Assembly (NCBI GenBank): GCA_964016885.1
Contig: CAXHJY010000627.1
Span: 1 to 17,577 of the forward strand
DNA length: 17,577 nucleotides
Source of the DNA: Eledone cirrhosa
Taxonomy: Eukaryota
Reading direction: 5' to 3'
In this document: positions 1-9,610 of the stretch, piece by piece
Layout of the letters: every line of letters starts with the position of its first letter
Numbering within the stretch: position 1 is the stretch's first letter
Notes under the pieces: generated by a model
Seen by the model: only the letters and a program-made list of their open reading frames with translations
What the model was told of the DNA's origin: nothing
Databases searched by the model: none
Position numbers and translations under genes: made by a program

Positions 1-37
1 GATCTCTCAGTCTGTGTGTGTGTATATATATAATATA

Positions 38-41
<4 letters not shown>

Positions 42-114
<73 letters not shown>

Positions 115-115
115 T

Positions 116-179
<64 letters not shown>
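42..179. repeat. (GA)n followed by (TA)n microsatellite
   Basis: Direct reading: (GA)n ~42-110 and (TA)n ~119-179. Confidence 0.95.
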
Positions 180-181
<2 letters not shown>

Positions 182-431
182 CTGTGGTGTGTGTGTATAT
201 ACATACTCAAACACTTACACACACTTATCAATTGTAACGTAGGAAGATGTCTGGTTCAATAGAAGCTAGCTTTGCCATTAAATTGAATTAATGTACAATG
301 TTATGTAACGTTAGCTAGGACTGAGAAAAATGTCTTGATGGTTACATAGAACCATTTAAAAACCAATCGAAATATAGAGAAGAAATAAATACCTATTGTT
401 TGTTTCTTAAAAGTTTCTTTTGTTACTTATA

Positions 432-432
<1 letters not shown>

Positions 433-526
<94 letters not shown>
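433..526. repeat. (TCTA)n / GATA tetranucleotide microsatellite
   Basis: Perfect TCTA run directly abutting the 5' end of LINE fragment 1. Confidence 0.97.
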
Positions 527-868
527 AGAGTGGAGAGAGAGGCACTGCACCCCAGTAAATTTACTGAAAGGTGGGTGAATGTAGCAAAAATGGCCCGAGT
601 GATTGGGCCTTCTCTGTATATAAGCCTGTAGGTTGAAGAAGAGAGCAAAAGGAAGAAGTGAGTACTTGCACAAAACGCTCCTGAAGTTGAGGGTTGTTCT
701 TATCGACGAGGTATTAAACAACCCATTTGTAACGTCTCCCCTCTATTGGGGATTTCGATTGTTAAATTTGTTTGTTGAAAATATTTTTTTACACGATTGT
801 ATGTAAAATCCCCGGCATATACCTTGTATTGTCCCCTTTTCTTGAGCACCCTTGTGGCAAATAAAGAA

Positions 869-869
<1 letters not shown>
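527..869 (+). mobile_element. 5'-truncated non-LTR retrotransposon 3' end, copy 1 (L1/Tx1-like ORF2 C-terminus + 3' UTR)
   Basis: 527-631 translates RVEREALHPSKFTERWVNVAKMARVIGPSLYISL*, followed by a 3' UTR ending CCCTTGTGGCAAATAAAGAAA and then (TCTA)n. Clearly homologous to ~1090-1447 and, on the minus strand, to 1528-1732. Clade assignment comes from peptide resemblance only. Confidence 0.75.

Positions 870-944
<75 letters not shown>
870..944. repeat. (TCTA)n microsatellite between LINE copies 1 and 2
   Basis: Perfect TCTA run. Confidence 0.97.
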
Positions 945-1447
945 GAAGGAGAGGCAGTTTTCCTCTGTCTGGTGGCTATGGCGAAAGAGGTAATATGGTG
1001 GACGAGGTTGAAAGGACTGAGAGCAAACACCTTTCTCTCTGGACAACAACTCATCCCGTTCTTTAAAATACAACTTTAGAAGGAAGGTGAGAGTGGAGCG
1101 AGAGGTGCAGTAAATTCGCTGACATGTGGGTGAATGTGGCGAAAATGGTCCGAGTGAATGGGGCCTTCTCTGTATATAAACCTATAGGTTGAGGGAAGAC
1201 AAAAGAGGGAAGACAGGAACACCTACAAAAAGGTGCTCCTAGTGTTGAGGTTGTTCTATCTACGGGGTGTAAAACAACCTTGCAGTAACGTTCCCCCCCC
1301 TATTGGGGATTTCGATTGTTATTTTATTTTAATATATAGTTTTATTTTAATTCAATAATGTTAAAGTTTACACAATTTTTATGTAACCCCCGCCTTCACG
1401 TCTTGTAATGTCCCATTTGTTGTACACCCTTGTGGCAAATAAAGAAA
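945..1447 (+). mobile_element. 5'-truncated non-LTR retrotransposon 3' end, copy 2 (L1/Tx1-like, frameshifted)
   Basis: 945-1076 reads EGEAVFLCLVAMAKEVIWWTRLKGLRANTFLSGQQLIPFFKIQL, with an AKxxIWxxR pattern like the ORF2 region after the zinc knuckle in Tx1/L1 elements. After frameshifts it continues RRKVRVERE..SKFADMWVNVAKMVRV.., matching copy 1, with the homologous stop at 1185-1187. It ends CCCTTGTGGCAAATAAAGAAA plus degenerate TCTA. Confidence 0.78.
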
Positions 1448-1527
1448 GATATCTATTTACCTACCTATCTATTGATCTATATGCATTATATATATATATA
1501 TATAGAGAGAGATAGATAGATAGATAT

Positions 1528-1732
1528 GTTTCTTTATTAGCCACAGAGGCACAAAAGAAGGGGACAAATACAAAGGGGGAAGTTTACATACAATTAAAAA
1601 CGTGTAAAATATTATCACAAATGCAATTTAAAAATTAGTCGATTTTCCCCAATAGGGGGAGACAGTTCATATGGGTAACACATACCTCCGAAAAAATGTG
1701 CAACCCTCATCTCCAGGAGTACGAAGAGTTTG
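1528..1732 (-). mobile_element. Non-LTR retrotransposon 3' UTR fragment, copy 3 (inverted, more diverged)
   Basis: The reverse complement contains CTCCTGGAGATGAGGGTTG, TCTCCCCCTATTGGGGA, ATTGTATGTAAA and TGTGGCTAATAAAGAAA, matching the 3' UTR of copies 1 and 2. Flanked by (TAGA)n on both sides. Confidence 0.75.
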
Positions 1733-2145
1733 TAGATAGATAGATAGAGAGAGAGAGAGAAAGAATGATTGAGACACTCTCACACACACACATATATATA
1801 TAGATACACACGTTTGTATATGTATGTATATATATACACACGCACATACGTTTTATCTGTAAAAAGTTGAACAAATTGTACCAACTAAAATGGCATTGTT
1901 GTTCTATGCGTGGGAGGAATCAGTATCTAAGTTGGTTGTATTGTTTACTATTGCATACACACGACACACACACACACACATATATATATATATTTATAGT
2001 GTGTGTGTGTATGTATGTGTGTGTGTATGTATGTGTGTGTGTGTATGTGTGCATGTATGTATACGTGTCTTTCCTCAATTTGTTTCCTGTCTTTTCAAGG
2101 TCATTGGATATGTAAGAAAATTATTTAGTTTTCGACATTTTTAAC

Positions 2146-2200
2146 ATGGAAATCGAACCCACGACTTTTATATCATGATACGACACTTTATCCACTACGT
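2146..2200 (-). mobile_element. Degenerate tRNA-derived SINE head fragment
   Basis: GGAAATCGAACCCACGAC is the reverse complement of a B-box (GTGGGTTCGATTTCC); similar to the SINE heads at 6845-6902 and 9516-9610. Confidence 0.45.
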
Positions 2201-2512
2201 CAGGTAGTTTCACCCATGCTGAAACTACAAAAACTGTTTTGTTTTTTTTATATTGGTCCGAAGTTCCAATTTGAATTAACGAAGGATTCGTACTAAGCAA
2301 TGTTTTAATACATAAATTAACAGATCATTTGTATAACGTTTTGAGTGAAAAGGAGTATATTATTTGAACTCTAAAATATTATGTAAAATAATCACCCCTT
2401 GTTTTATAGAACAATAAATCTATCTAGCGGTGTACCCATCGTCTCTCTATCCAGCCACTTAGGTACCTATCAGTTTACATACTTATTTATTAATCTATCT
2501 ATCTATCTATCT

Positions 2513-2606
<94 letters not shown>

Positions 2607-2759
2607 ATATGCTCCGAAATCATTAGACGTGTCCGTCGAACCTGCGGGTCCAGAATCAAACAGATCCACACAATGATCGCGTCTCGAGCTGTCCACCGGC
2701 GAAATAATTGTAACACAATAAACTGAGTTGTGATGCATCACTGATTTTCGGTTTTCTAT

Positions 2760-2791
<32 letters not shown>

Positions 2792-2803
2792 ACTCTCACT
2801 CTC

Positions 2804-2898
<95 letters not shown>
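2760..2898. repeat. Compound (CT)n-(TA)n-(GT)n microsatellite
   Basis: Direct reading. Confidence 0.95.
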
Positions 2899-2900
<2 letters not shown>

Positions 2901-3263
2901 ATGTATTATGGCAGTAGAGTTAACAATGAAGCTTGCATATAACAGCAACAACAAACAGTATAATGAACATAATAATTAAAAGAGTAATTACAATTTGTTA
3001 ATTGCTTATTAGGACACACACACACACTCAAAGACACACATACACACACAGATACAACACACACAGACACATGCACACACACACACACATAAATGCATAA
3101 AGGACACACACATTCAGACACAGAGAAGAAGAATTGGTTTTCTGTGTTGGAAATATTGATATTTTTTCATGAAATTCTAACAATAATTAAATTTACAATA
3201 GAACCCCCACCCCCCCACACCCGTAAGTCCCCACAGCCATATATATATATATATAATATGTAT

Positions 3264-3303
<40 letters not shown>

Positions 3304-3491
3304 CGATGTGTATTATATATATATATATATATATATATTTATTAAAATACCAGATTAAAGTTTAAGCAAAGAATCGCTGCTTTCACCCTTAACGGGATCT
3401 TCTGAAACTAACAAAGTCAATCTGTAAACGCAGAACTGGATATTTCAAAAAACGTTGCAACCGGAGGAAGACAGGAAGACGATACTTTGGT

Positions 3492-3545
<54 letters not shown>

Positions 3546-3937
3546 TATATAATATATATATAAGAAAGTAAGTCCATAGAATCATTTGATAAACTATATA
3601 CAGTATTTCTTCTCCCAATCAACCATACTTAACCACACAAAAAATCAATTAAACGAGGCTATAAGTTTAAAATGTACCTATGAAGAAACAATAGATAAAT
3701 ACATGATAGCTATCTTATCCACAATCAGCAGCCACAGAAGATTTACTTAGTATTTCTAATGGCCCGTAGAAATTGTATATATTTTATCAAATGATTCTAT
3801 GGACTTACTTTCTTATATATTGCTCTGATTGTTGATTATTTAATTAATTAATTCGTCATTGAGCCACACCGTGAATGGTTGCCAAAAACACATATATATA
3901 TCTATGGCTCTGTCTAGTTTATGTATATGTAAATCTA

Positions 3938-4747
<810 letters not shown>

Positions 4748-5238
4748 ACACCCATACATTACATATATACAGGTTCAGGTCTATGCAGAAATAATGTGCA
4801 TCCTATTAAATAGAATACATGTTGGTTTAGCTGAGTGATATTAAATAAAGCTGATGATTTCGTTCGTTCGTTCGCAAGCCTTTTTACTAATCGGCTTATC
4901 ATTAATCCCTTCGATGGCGTTCCATTAATCCGTGTACGATTATACGGAAACAACATATATATTCATGTATTGATATTGACCTTTTCCTTATAGTCCTCAC
5001 CACCATCACCACGACCAGTCTGTACTGCTGAAGCCGCTGGTCAGTACACTGGTCGGTCAGTCAGTCAGCTTAAATGTTCGTTGGCTGTAGAACCTTCTAC
5101 AACAACAATTACGACAGCAGTCATGACAGTAGTAATAATACCAAGCATGACAGCTGACATCTTATAGTTGTTAACTCATAGGTTCATGAATCTTATATCA
5201 TGTAATGACAATATTATTATTATCATTATTATCATCAG

Positions 5239-5422
5239 GGCGGTGGATTGGCAGTATCAGTAGAGAGTCGGACGCCATGCTTTCCAGCATAGTTACGTCC
5301 CTTTACGATCTGAGTTCAAATCCCGCCGAGGTTAACTTTGCCTTTCATCCTTACGGAGTCGATACAATAAAGTACCAGTAATGCACTGGGTAATTGCTGG
5401 CCCTGTGCCTAAAGTAGAAACA
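5239..5422 (+). mobile_element. tRNA-derived SINE family C, tandem copy 1
   Basis: A-box-like TGGCAGTATCAG, B-box GAGTTCAAATCCC, core GAGGTTAACTTTGCCTTTCATCCTTACGG(A/G)GTCGATA..AAGTACCAGT, and 3' TTGCTGGCC..GTGCCTAAAGTAGAAACA plus an (ATT)n tail. Multiple copies in this window. Confidence 0.85.
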
Positions 5423-5451
5423 ATTATTATCATTATTGTCATTATTTTTAT

Positions 5452-5633
5452 GTGGATTTTCAGTATCGGTAGAGGGTTGGACGCCATGTTTTGACGCAAA
5501 GAGTTACGGCCCTTTCCATTCTGAGTTCAAATCCCGCCGAGGTTAGCTTTGCCTTTCATCCTTACGGGGTCGATAAAATAAAGTACCAGTAATCTACTGA
5601 GTAATTGCTGGCCTTGTGTCAAAAGTAGAAACA
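5452..5633 (+). mobile_element. SINE family C, tandem copy 2
   Basis: Aligns along its length with 5239-5422 and carries the same ATTATTATCATTATTGTCATTATTTTT tail. Confidence 0.85.
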
Positions 5634-5685
5634 ATTATTATCATTATTGTCATTATTTTTATCATTATTAGTATTATTATTATGA

Positions 5686-5869
5686 GGCCGGTGAATTGGC
5701 AGTATCGGTAGAGGGTTGGACGCCATGCTTTCTAGCATAGTTACGTCCCTTTACAGTCTGAGTTCAAATCCCGCCGAGGTTAACTTTGCCTTTCATCCTT
5801 ACGGGGTCGATAAAATAAAGTACCAGTAATGTACTGGATAATTGCTGGCCTTGTGCCAAAGTAGAAACA
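5686..5869 (+). mobile_element. SINE family C, tandem copy 3
   Basis: Aligns with copies 1 and 2, including the B-box GAGTTCAAATCCC at ~5760-5772. Confidence 0.85.
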
Positions 5870-5890
5870 ATTATTAGTATTATTATTATC

Positions 5891-5944
5891 AAAGTACCAG
5901 TAATGCACTGGGTGATTGCTGGCCTTGTGCCTAAAGTAGAAACA
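5891..5944 (+). mobile_element. SINE family C, 3' fragment (copy 4)
   Basis: AAAGTACCAGTAATGCACTGGGTGATTGCTGGCCTTGTGCCTAAAGTAGAAACA. Confidence 0.8.
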
Positions 5945-5984
5945 ATTATTATCAATAGCCCATTTATCACCCATCCCCAACTTA

Positions 5985-6580
5985 CACATATACACACATG
6001 CACACATACACACATACACACATACACACACATGCATAGACACATATACACACACCCATTCATACAACACACACGCATACACACAGCACACCCATAACAC
6101 ACAAGCACATACACATACACACAGCACATACACATATACACAGCACACCCATACACACAAGCACACACACATACATACCCCCCCCACACACACACACACA
6201 AGCACAAACCCATACACATACACAAACAAACACACACATTACATTAGGTTACATGGTTGCCAGACGTAGACACCCACGCAGAAGCTAGAACACACACACT
6301 CACACACACACACACACACTCACACACTCACACATACACACACACACTCACACATACACACACTCACACATAAACACACATATTCACACACACACTCCCA
6401 CTCACACATAAACACATAAACATATTCACACACACACACTCCCACTCACACATAAACACATAAACATATTCACACACACACTCTTACACACACACATATG
6501 CACACACACACACATACACACACAATCACACACACACACGCTCACACACACACACACACACACTCACACACACACACATA
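5985..6580. repeat. Degenerate (CA)n-rich low-complexity tract
   Basis: CA/CATA/CACT repeats with one short unique interruption (~6240-6290). Confidence 0.9.
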
Positions 6581-6582
6581 CA

Positions 6583-6902
6583 TGTTGTTGGGCGTCCATC
6601 GTCTCCGATGGTGTGTGTTCCAGTTGATACAATCAACGGAACTACGTTCTCCTGAAGTTAACGTGTAAGTGACTGAGCATTCCACACAAACACGTGCACA
6701 TTTAACATAATTCTCAGGGAGATTTAGTGTATATATATATGACTATGTTGACCTCTTAAATTGTAGGGTCAACTCATTTTTAGTGGATTATAGGAGCATA
6801 AAAGAAAACCTCTGCTTAAGGACACAAGGCGTCACCTGGTTTAAGAATCGAACTCACGATAGTAAGATCGTGAACTCAACACTCCAGACACTAAGCAATG
6901 CG
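6583..6902 (-). mobile_element. tRNA-derived SINE family B (near full length, diverged)
   Basis: The minus strand has an A-box-like TGCTTAGTG, B-box GAGTTCGATTC (plus strand 6845-6855), GTGTCCTTAAGCA core and a body ending ..GACGCCCAACAACA. Related fragments occur at ~11979-12017 and ~12089-12118. Confidence 0.7.
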
Positions 6903-7430
6903 ATATAGATACAATAGATACTTATAATCAATATACACAATAGTAACAAGACTGGTAATACGTAGATAGTGTTTTCCCCTCCCACGCATTACAAAACAAC
7001 GCCATTTTGATTGGTATAAACTCCATTACAGAATTCTGCATATGAGATCATAGTCATTTGTTCATAGAGTTCGTAATATGATTTGGAATAGCCGCCACAC
7101 CGTTAATATAGTTTGATGTTGGCCTGTGAAGATTATCTCAAAAGATAACCCCAAAAGATTACGTTAAGCAGGTTGCTGTGTGAGAAAAGAAATATTTTAT
7201 GACAGCCAACACATACACAGATTAACTATGGAAGATATCCCACCAACGTCATTGGCAAACTCCAAAAAGATATATTTATATATTATCGTGAGTGTTAGAC
7301 CGGGTGGTGCGTTGTGTTCTTGAGCAAGACATTTTATTTCACGTTACTCCAGTTCACTCAGCTGTAGAAATGAGTTGTGGTGTCAGTGGTGCCAAGCAGT
7401 ATTGGCCTTTGCCTTTCCCTTGGACATCAT
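6643..7430 (+). repeat. Left arm (788 bp) of long inverted repeat
   Basis: Reverse complement of 7588-8377. By eye, 5 substitutions (6652, 7142, 7380, 7386, 7408) and one 2-bp TA indel. Confidence 0.97.
7285..7430 (+). mobile_element. SINE family A, 3'-truncated copy inside the left arm
   Basis: TTGTGTTCTTGAGCAAGACATTTTATTTCACGTTACTCCAGTTCACTCAGCTGTAGAAATGAG, truncated exactly at the arm boundary. Confidence 0.75.
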
Positions 7431-7442
7431 ATATATAATATT

Positions 7443-7733
7443 AAAAGGGTAAAGACCCCTTTCGGTCACGGATGACCATGTGATTTGCACCTAGAATGTT
7501 CCCCTCCGTGGCACAAGTCCGAGCAAGGTTGTTTGTGAAAGACCAGCAGTCGCCCATGTATACCACTCTCCCCTCTCCACGCCACTCATGATGTCCAAGG
7601 GAAAGGCAAGGGCCAATACTGCTTGGCACCAGTGACATCACAACTCATTTCTACAGCTGAGTGAACTGGAGTAACGTGAAATAAAATGTCTTGCTCAAGA
7701 ACACAACGCACCACCCGGTCTAACACTCACGAT
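7443..7733 (-). mobile_element. SINE family A with intact 3' tail (head mostly lost)
   Basis: Same core as 7285-7430 and 9516-9610 (CAAGACA(C/T)TTTATTTCACGTT). Continues through the spacer to ..GTGACCGAAAGGGGTCTTTACCCTTTT. The TTGAGCAAGACA(C/T)TT segment resembles CORE-type SINE domains (from memory). Confidence 0.75.
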
Positions 7734-8377
7734 AATATATAAATATATCTTTTTGGAGTTTGCCAATGACGTTGGTGGGATATCTTCCATAGTTAATCTG
7801 TGTATGTGTTGGCTGTCATAAAATATTTCTTTTCTCACACAGCAACCTGCTTAACGTAATCTTTTGGGGTTATCTGTTGAGATAATCTTCACAGGCCAAC
7901 ATCAAACTATATTAACGGTGTGGCGGCTATTCCAAATCATATTACGAACTCTATGAACAAATGACTATGATCTCATATGCAGAATTCTGTAATGGAGTTT
8001 ATACCAATCAAAATGGCGTTGTTTTGTAATGCGTGGGAGGGGAAAACACTATCTACGTATTACCAGTCTTGTTACTATTGTGTATATTGATTATAAGTAT
8101 CTATTGTATCTATATCGCATTGCTTAGTGTCTGGAGTGTTGAGTTCACGATCTTACTATCGTGAGTTCGATTCTTAAACCAGGTGACGCCTTGTGTCCTT
8201 AAGCAGAGGTTTTCTTTTATGCTCCTATAATCCACTAAAAATGAGTTGACCCTACAATTTAAGAGGTCAACATAGTCATATATATATATACACTAAATCT
8301 CCCTGAGAATTATGTTAAATGTGCACGTGTTTGTGTGGAATGCTCAGTCACTTACACGTTAACTTCATGAGAACGTA
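7588..8377 (-). repeat. Right arm (790 bp) of long inverted repeat
   Basis: Reverse complement of 6643-7430; the spacer 7431-7587 is 157 bp. Confidence 0.97.
8116..8377 (+). mobile_element. SINE family B, 3'-truncated copy inside the right arm
   Basis: Mirror of 6643-6902; lacks the 6583-6642 tail. Confidence 0.7.
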
Positions 8378-8961
8378 TATAATAATAAATTATGATATAT
8401 ATAAGACTTATAATGAAATTCGACGGGTCTGTTTGATAACCCGGATGTTGAATCAACCAATTTGCGAGTAGGATATTATATTCTGGATGCTGATACCTGA
8501 TTCGTAGATGCAGAGATGGAGTATCCGGGATGTTGCTGTCCGCAACCACAGACGCAAAGGAGTGAAACAAGTAATTAAATCTGTAAAAAAAAAATAATTT
8601 ATGCATTATCTTGGCATCACAATACTGGGTTGGTCAGACAGTAAAGAACGGAGGAGTGTTCACTTAATGAGCCAATCGTTACCAAGAAAGGACACTGTTT
8701 ATGATAGTCAATTAATTTTGAAAATGATCAATAAGTCTCCGATATAAAAGAAACTAAAAAATGGACAGCAGAAGTGCACCCATGAATTATGACTCAGATG
8801 CAGACAGGGTCCCTTTGAGTGTAAAAAGTTAAGGATCAAATAACTTGTATACCATCTGCTGTCTAGCATCCTGAGTTTCTTACCACATCTGGTGTTTGTA
8901 ATATAACCTCTCTTGTAAAATTATGTTGAAAGTGATTTTTTTCTAAATGAATATTAACACG

Positions 8962-9426
8962 TTAAACCTTAATACAATTCTAATAAAATGACGGCCTATG
9001 ATTTTCAAATCATTCTTAAAATACTAAACAAATTTTGGAATGATTTTGTAATATAATTAACTTTCCCATCATTTATTTTGAAACAAAATTAACAGGTGTT
9101 TGATGAAGAATTATGATTGAATGTTTTTAGATAAATATAAACACTTTAACTCGTGCGTTACCTTATTTCTAATGAAATACACTGCCTATGATTTTCAGTT
9201 AATAATAAAAATAATAAATGCATTAGAAGAATTTAGTAATATAACTTTTCTCGTTATTAAGCAGGTATTTGGAACATAACTTAACAAAGGTTATAACAAA
9301 AATTTATAAAGGAAGGGTTAGATTTAAGCATAAATCTTTTAAAACAAATAGTTTTTCATTATAGAACTAGGGCTCTTTCTTATCAGTTAAGCTGTGAAGT
9401 TGTGTCAACCCGGCCTGATGTCTTAA
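8962..9426 (+). mobile_element. Two degenerate tandem copies (~190-bp offset) of an AT-rich interspersed repeat, possibly a TTAA/piggyBac-type MITE
   Basis: GCCTATGATTTTCA is shared at 8994-9007 and 9184-9197, and GTAATATAA at ~9048 and ~9236. Both units start at TTAA (8962, 9146). TIRs are too decayed to confirm. Confidence 0.4.
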
Positions 9427-9515
9427 AATACCGATGGTGTTTATCAGCCATTTTATTAAAAAAAAGAAAGAAAATATCAGAAAAACAATGACCTTTTACA
9501 TATATTTTTTAAGCG

Positions 9516-9610
9516 GTGAAAGTGTGTGGCTTAGTGGTTAGAAAATTGGATTCGCAATCATGAAATTGTGAGTTCGATTCTTCAGCAAGACACTTTATTT
9601 CACGTTGTTC
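9516..9610 (+). mobile_element. tRNA-derived SINE head (families A/B), internally deleted
   Basis: A-box TGGCTTAGTGG and B-box GAGTTCGATTC, then CAAGACACTTTATTTCACGTTG. Confidence 0.75.

Noticed and set aside
852-1079. 75-aa ORF as a stand-alone gene
   Set aside because: Chimera of LINE tail, (TCTA)n and a frameshifted LINE ORF2 remnant.
2660-2710. HDV-like ribozyme suggested by GGCGAAAT
   Set aside because: Could not build the P1/P2/P3 nested pseudoknot by eye.
5239-5950. CRISPR-like regularly spaced repeats (also 8441-8535)
   Set aside because: The units are whole SINEs or 8-bp motifs; eukaryotic context, no cas genes and no repeat-spacer architecture.
8415-8500. Minus-strand QHPEYN / QHPGY peptides suggesting a trypsin-like protease
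   Set aside because: No catalytic Asp motif (DIAL-type) or other protease motifs follow; explained by the short GGATG(T/C)TG repeat.
9525-9585. tRNA gene (A and B boxes; likewise 8118-8180)
   Set aside because: No intact cloverleaf, and it runs directly into SINE core sequence, so it is a SINE head.
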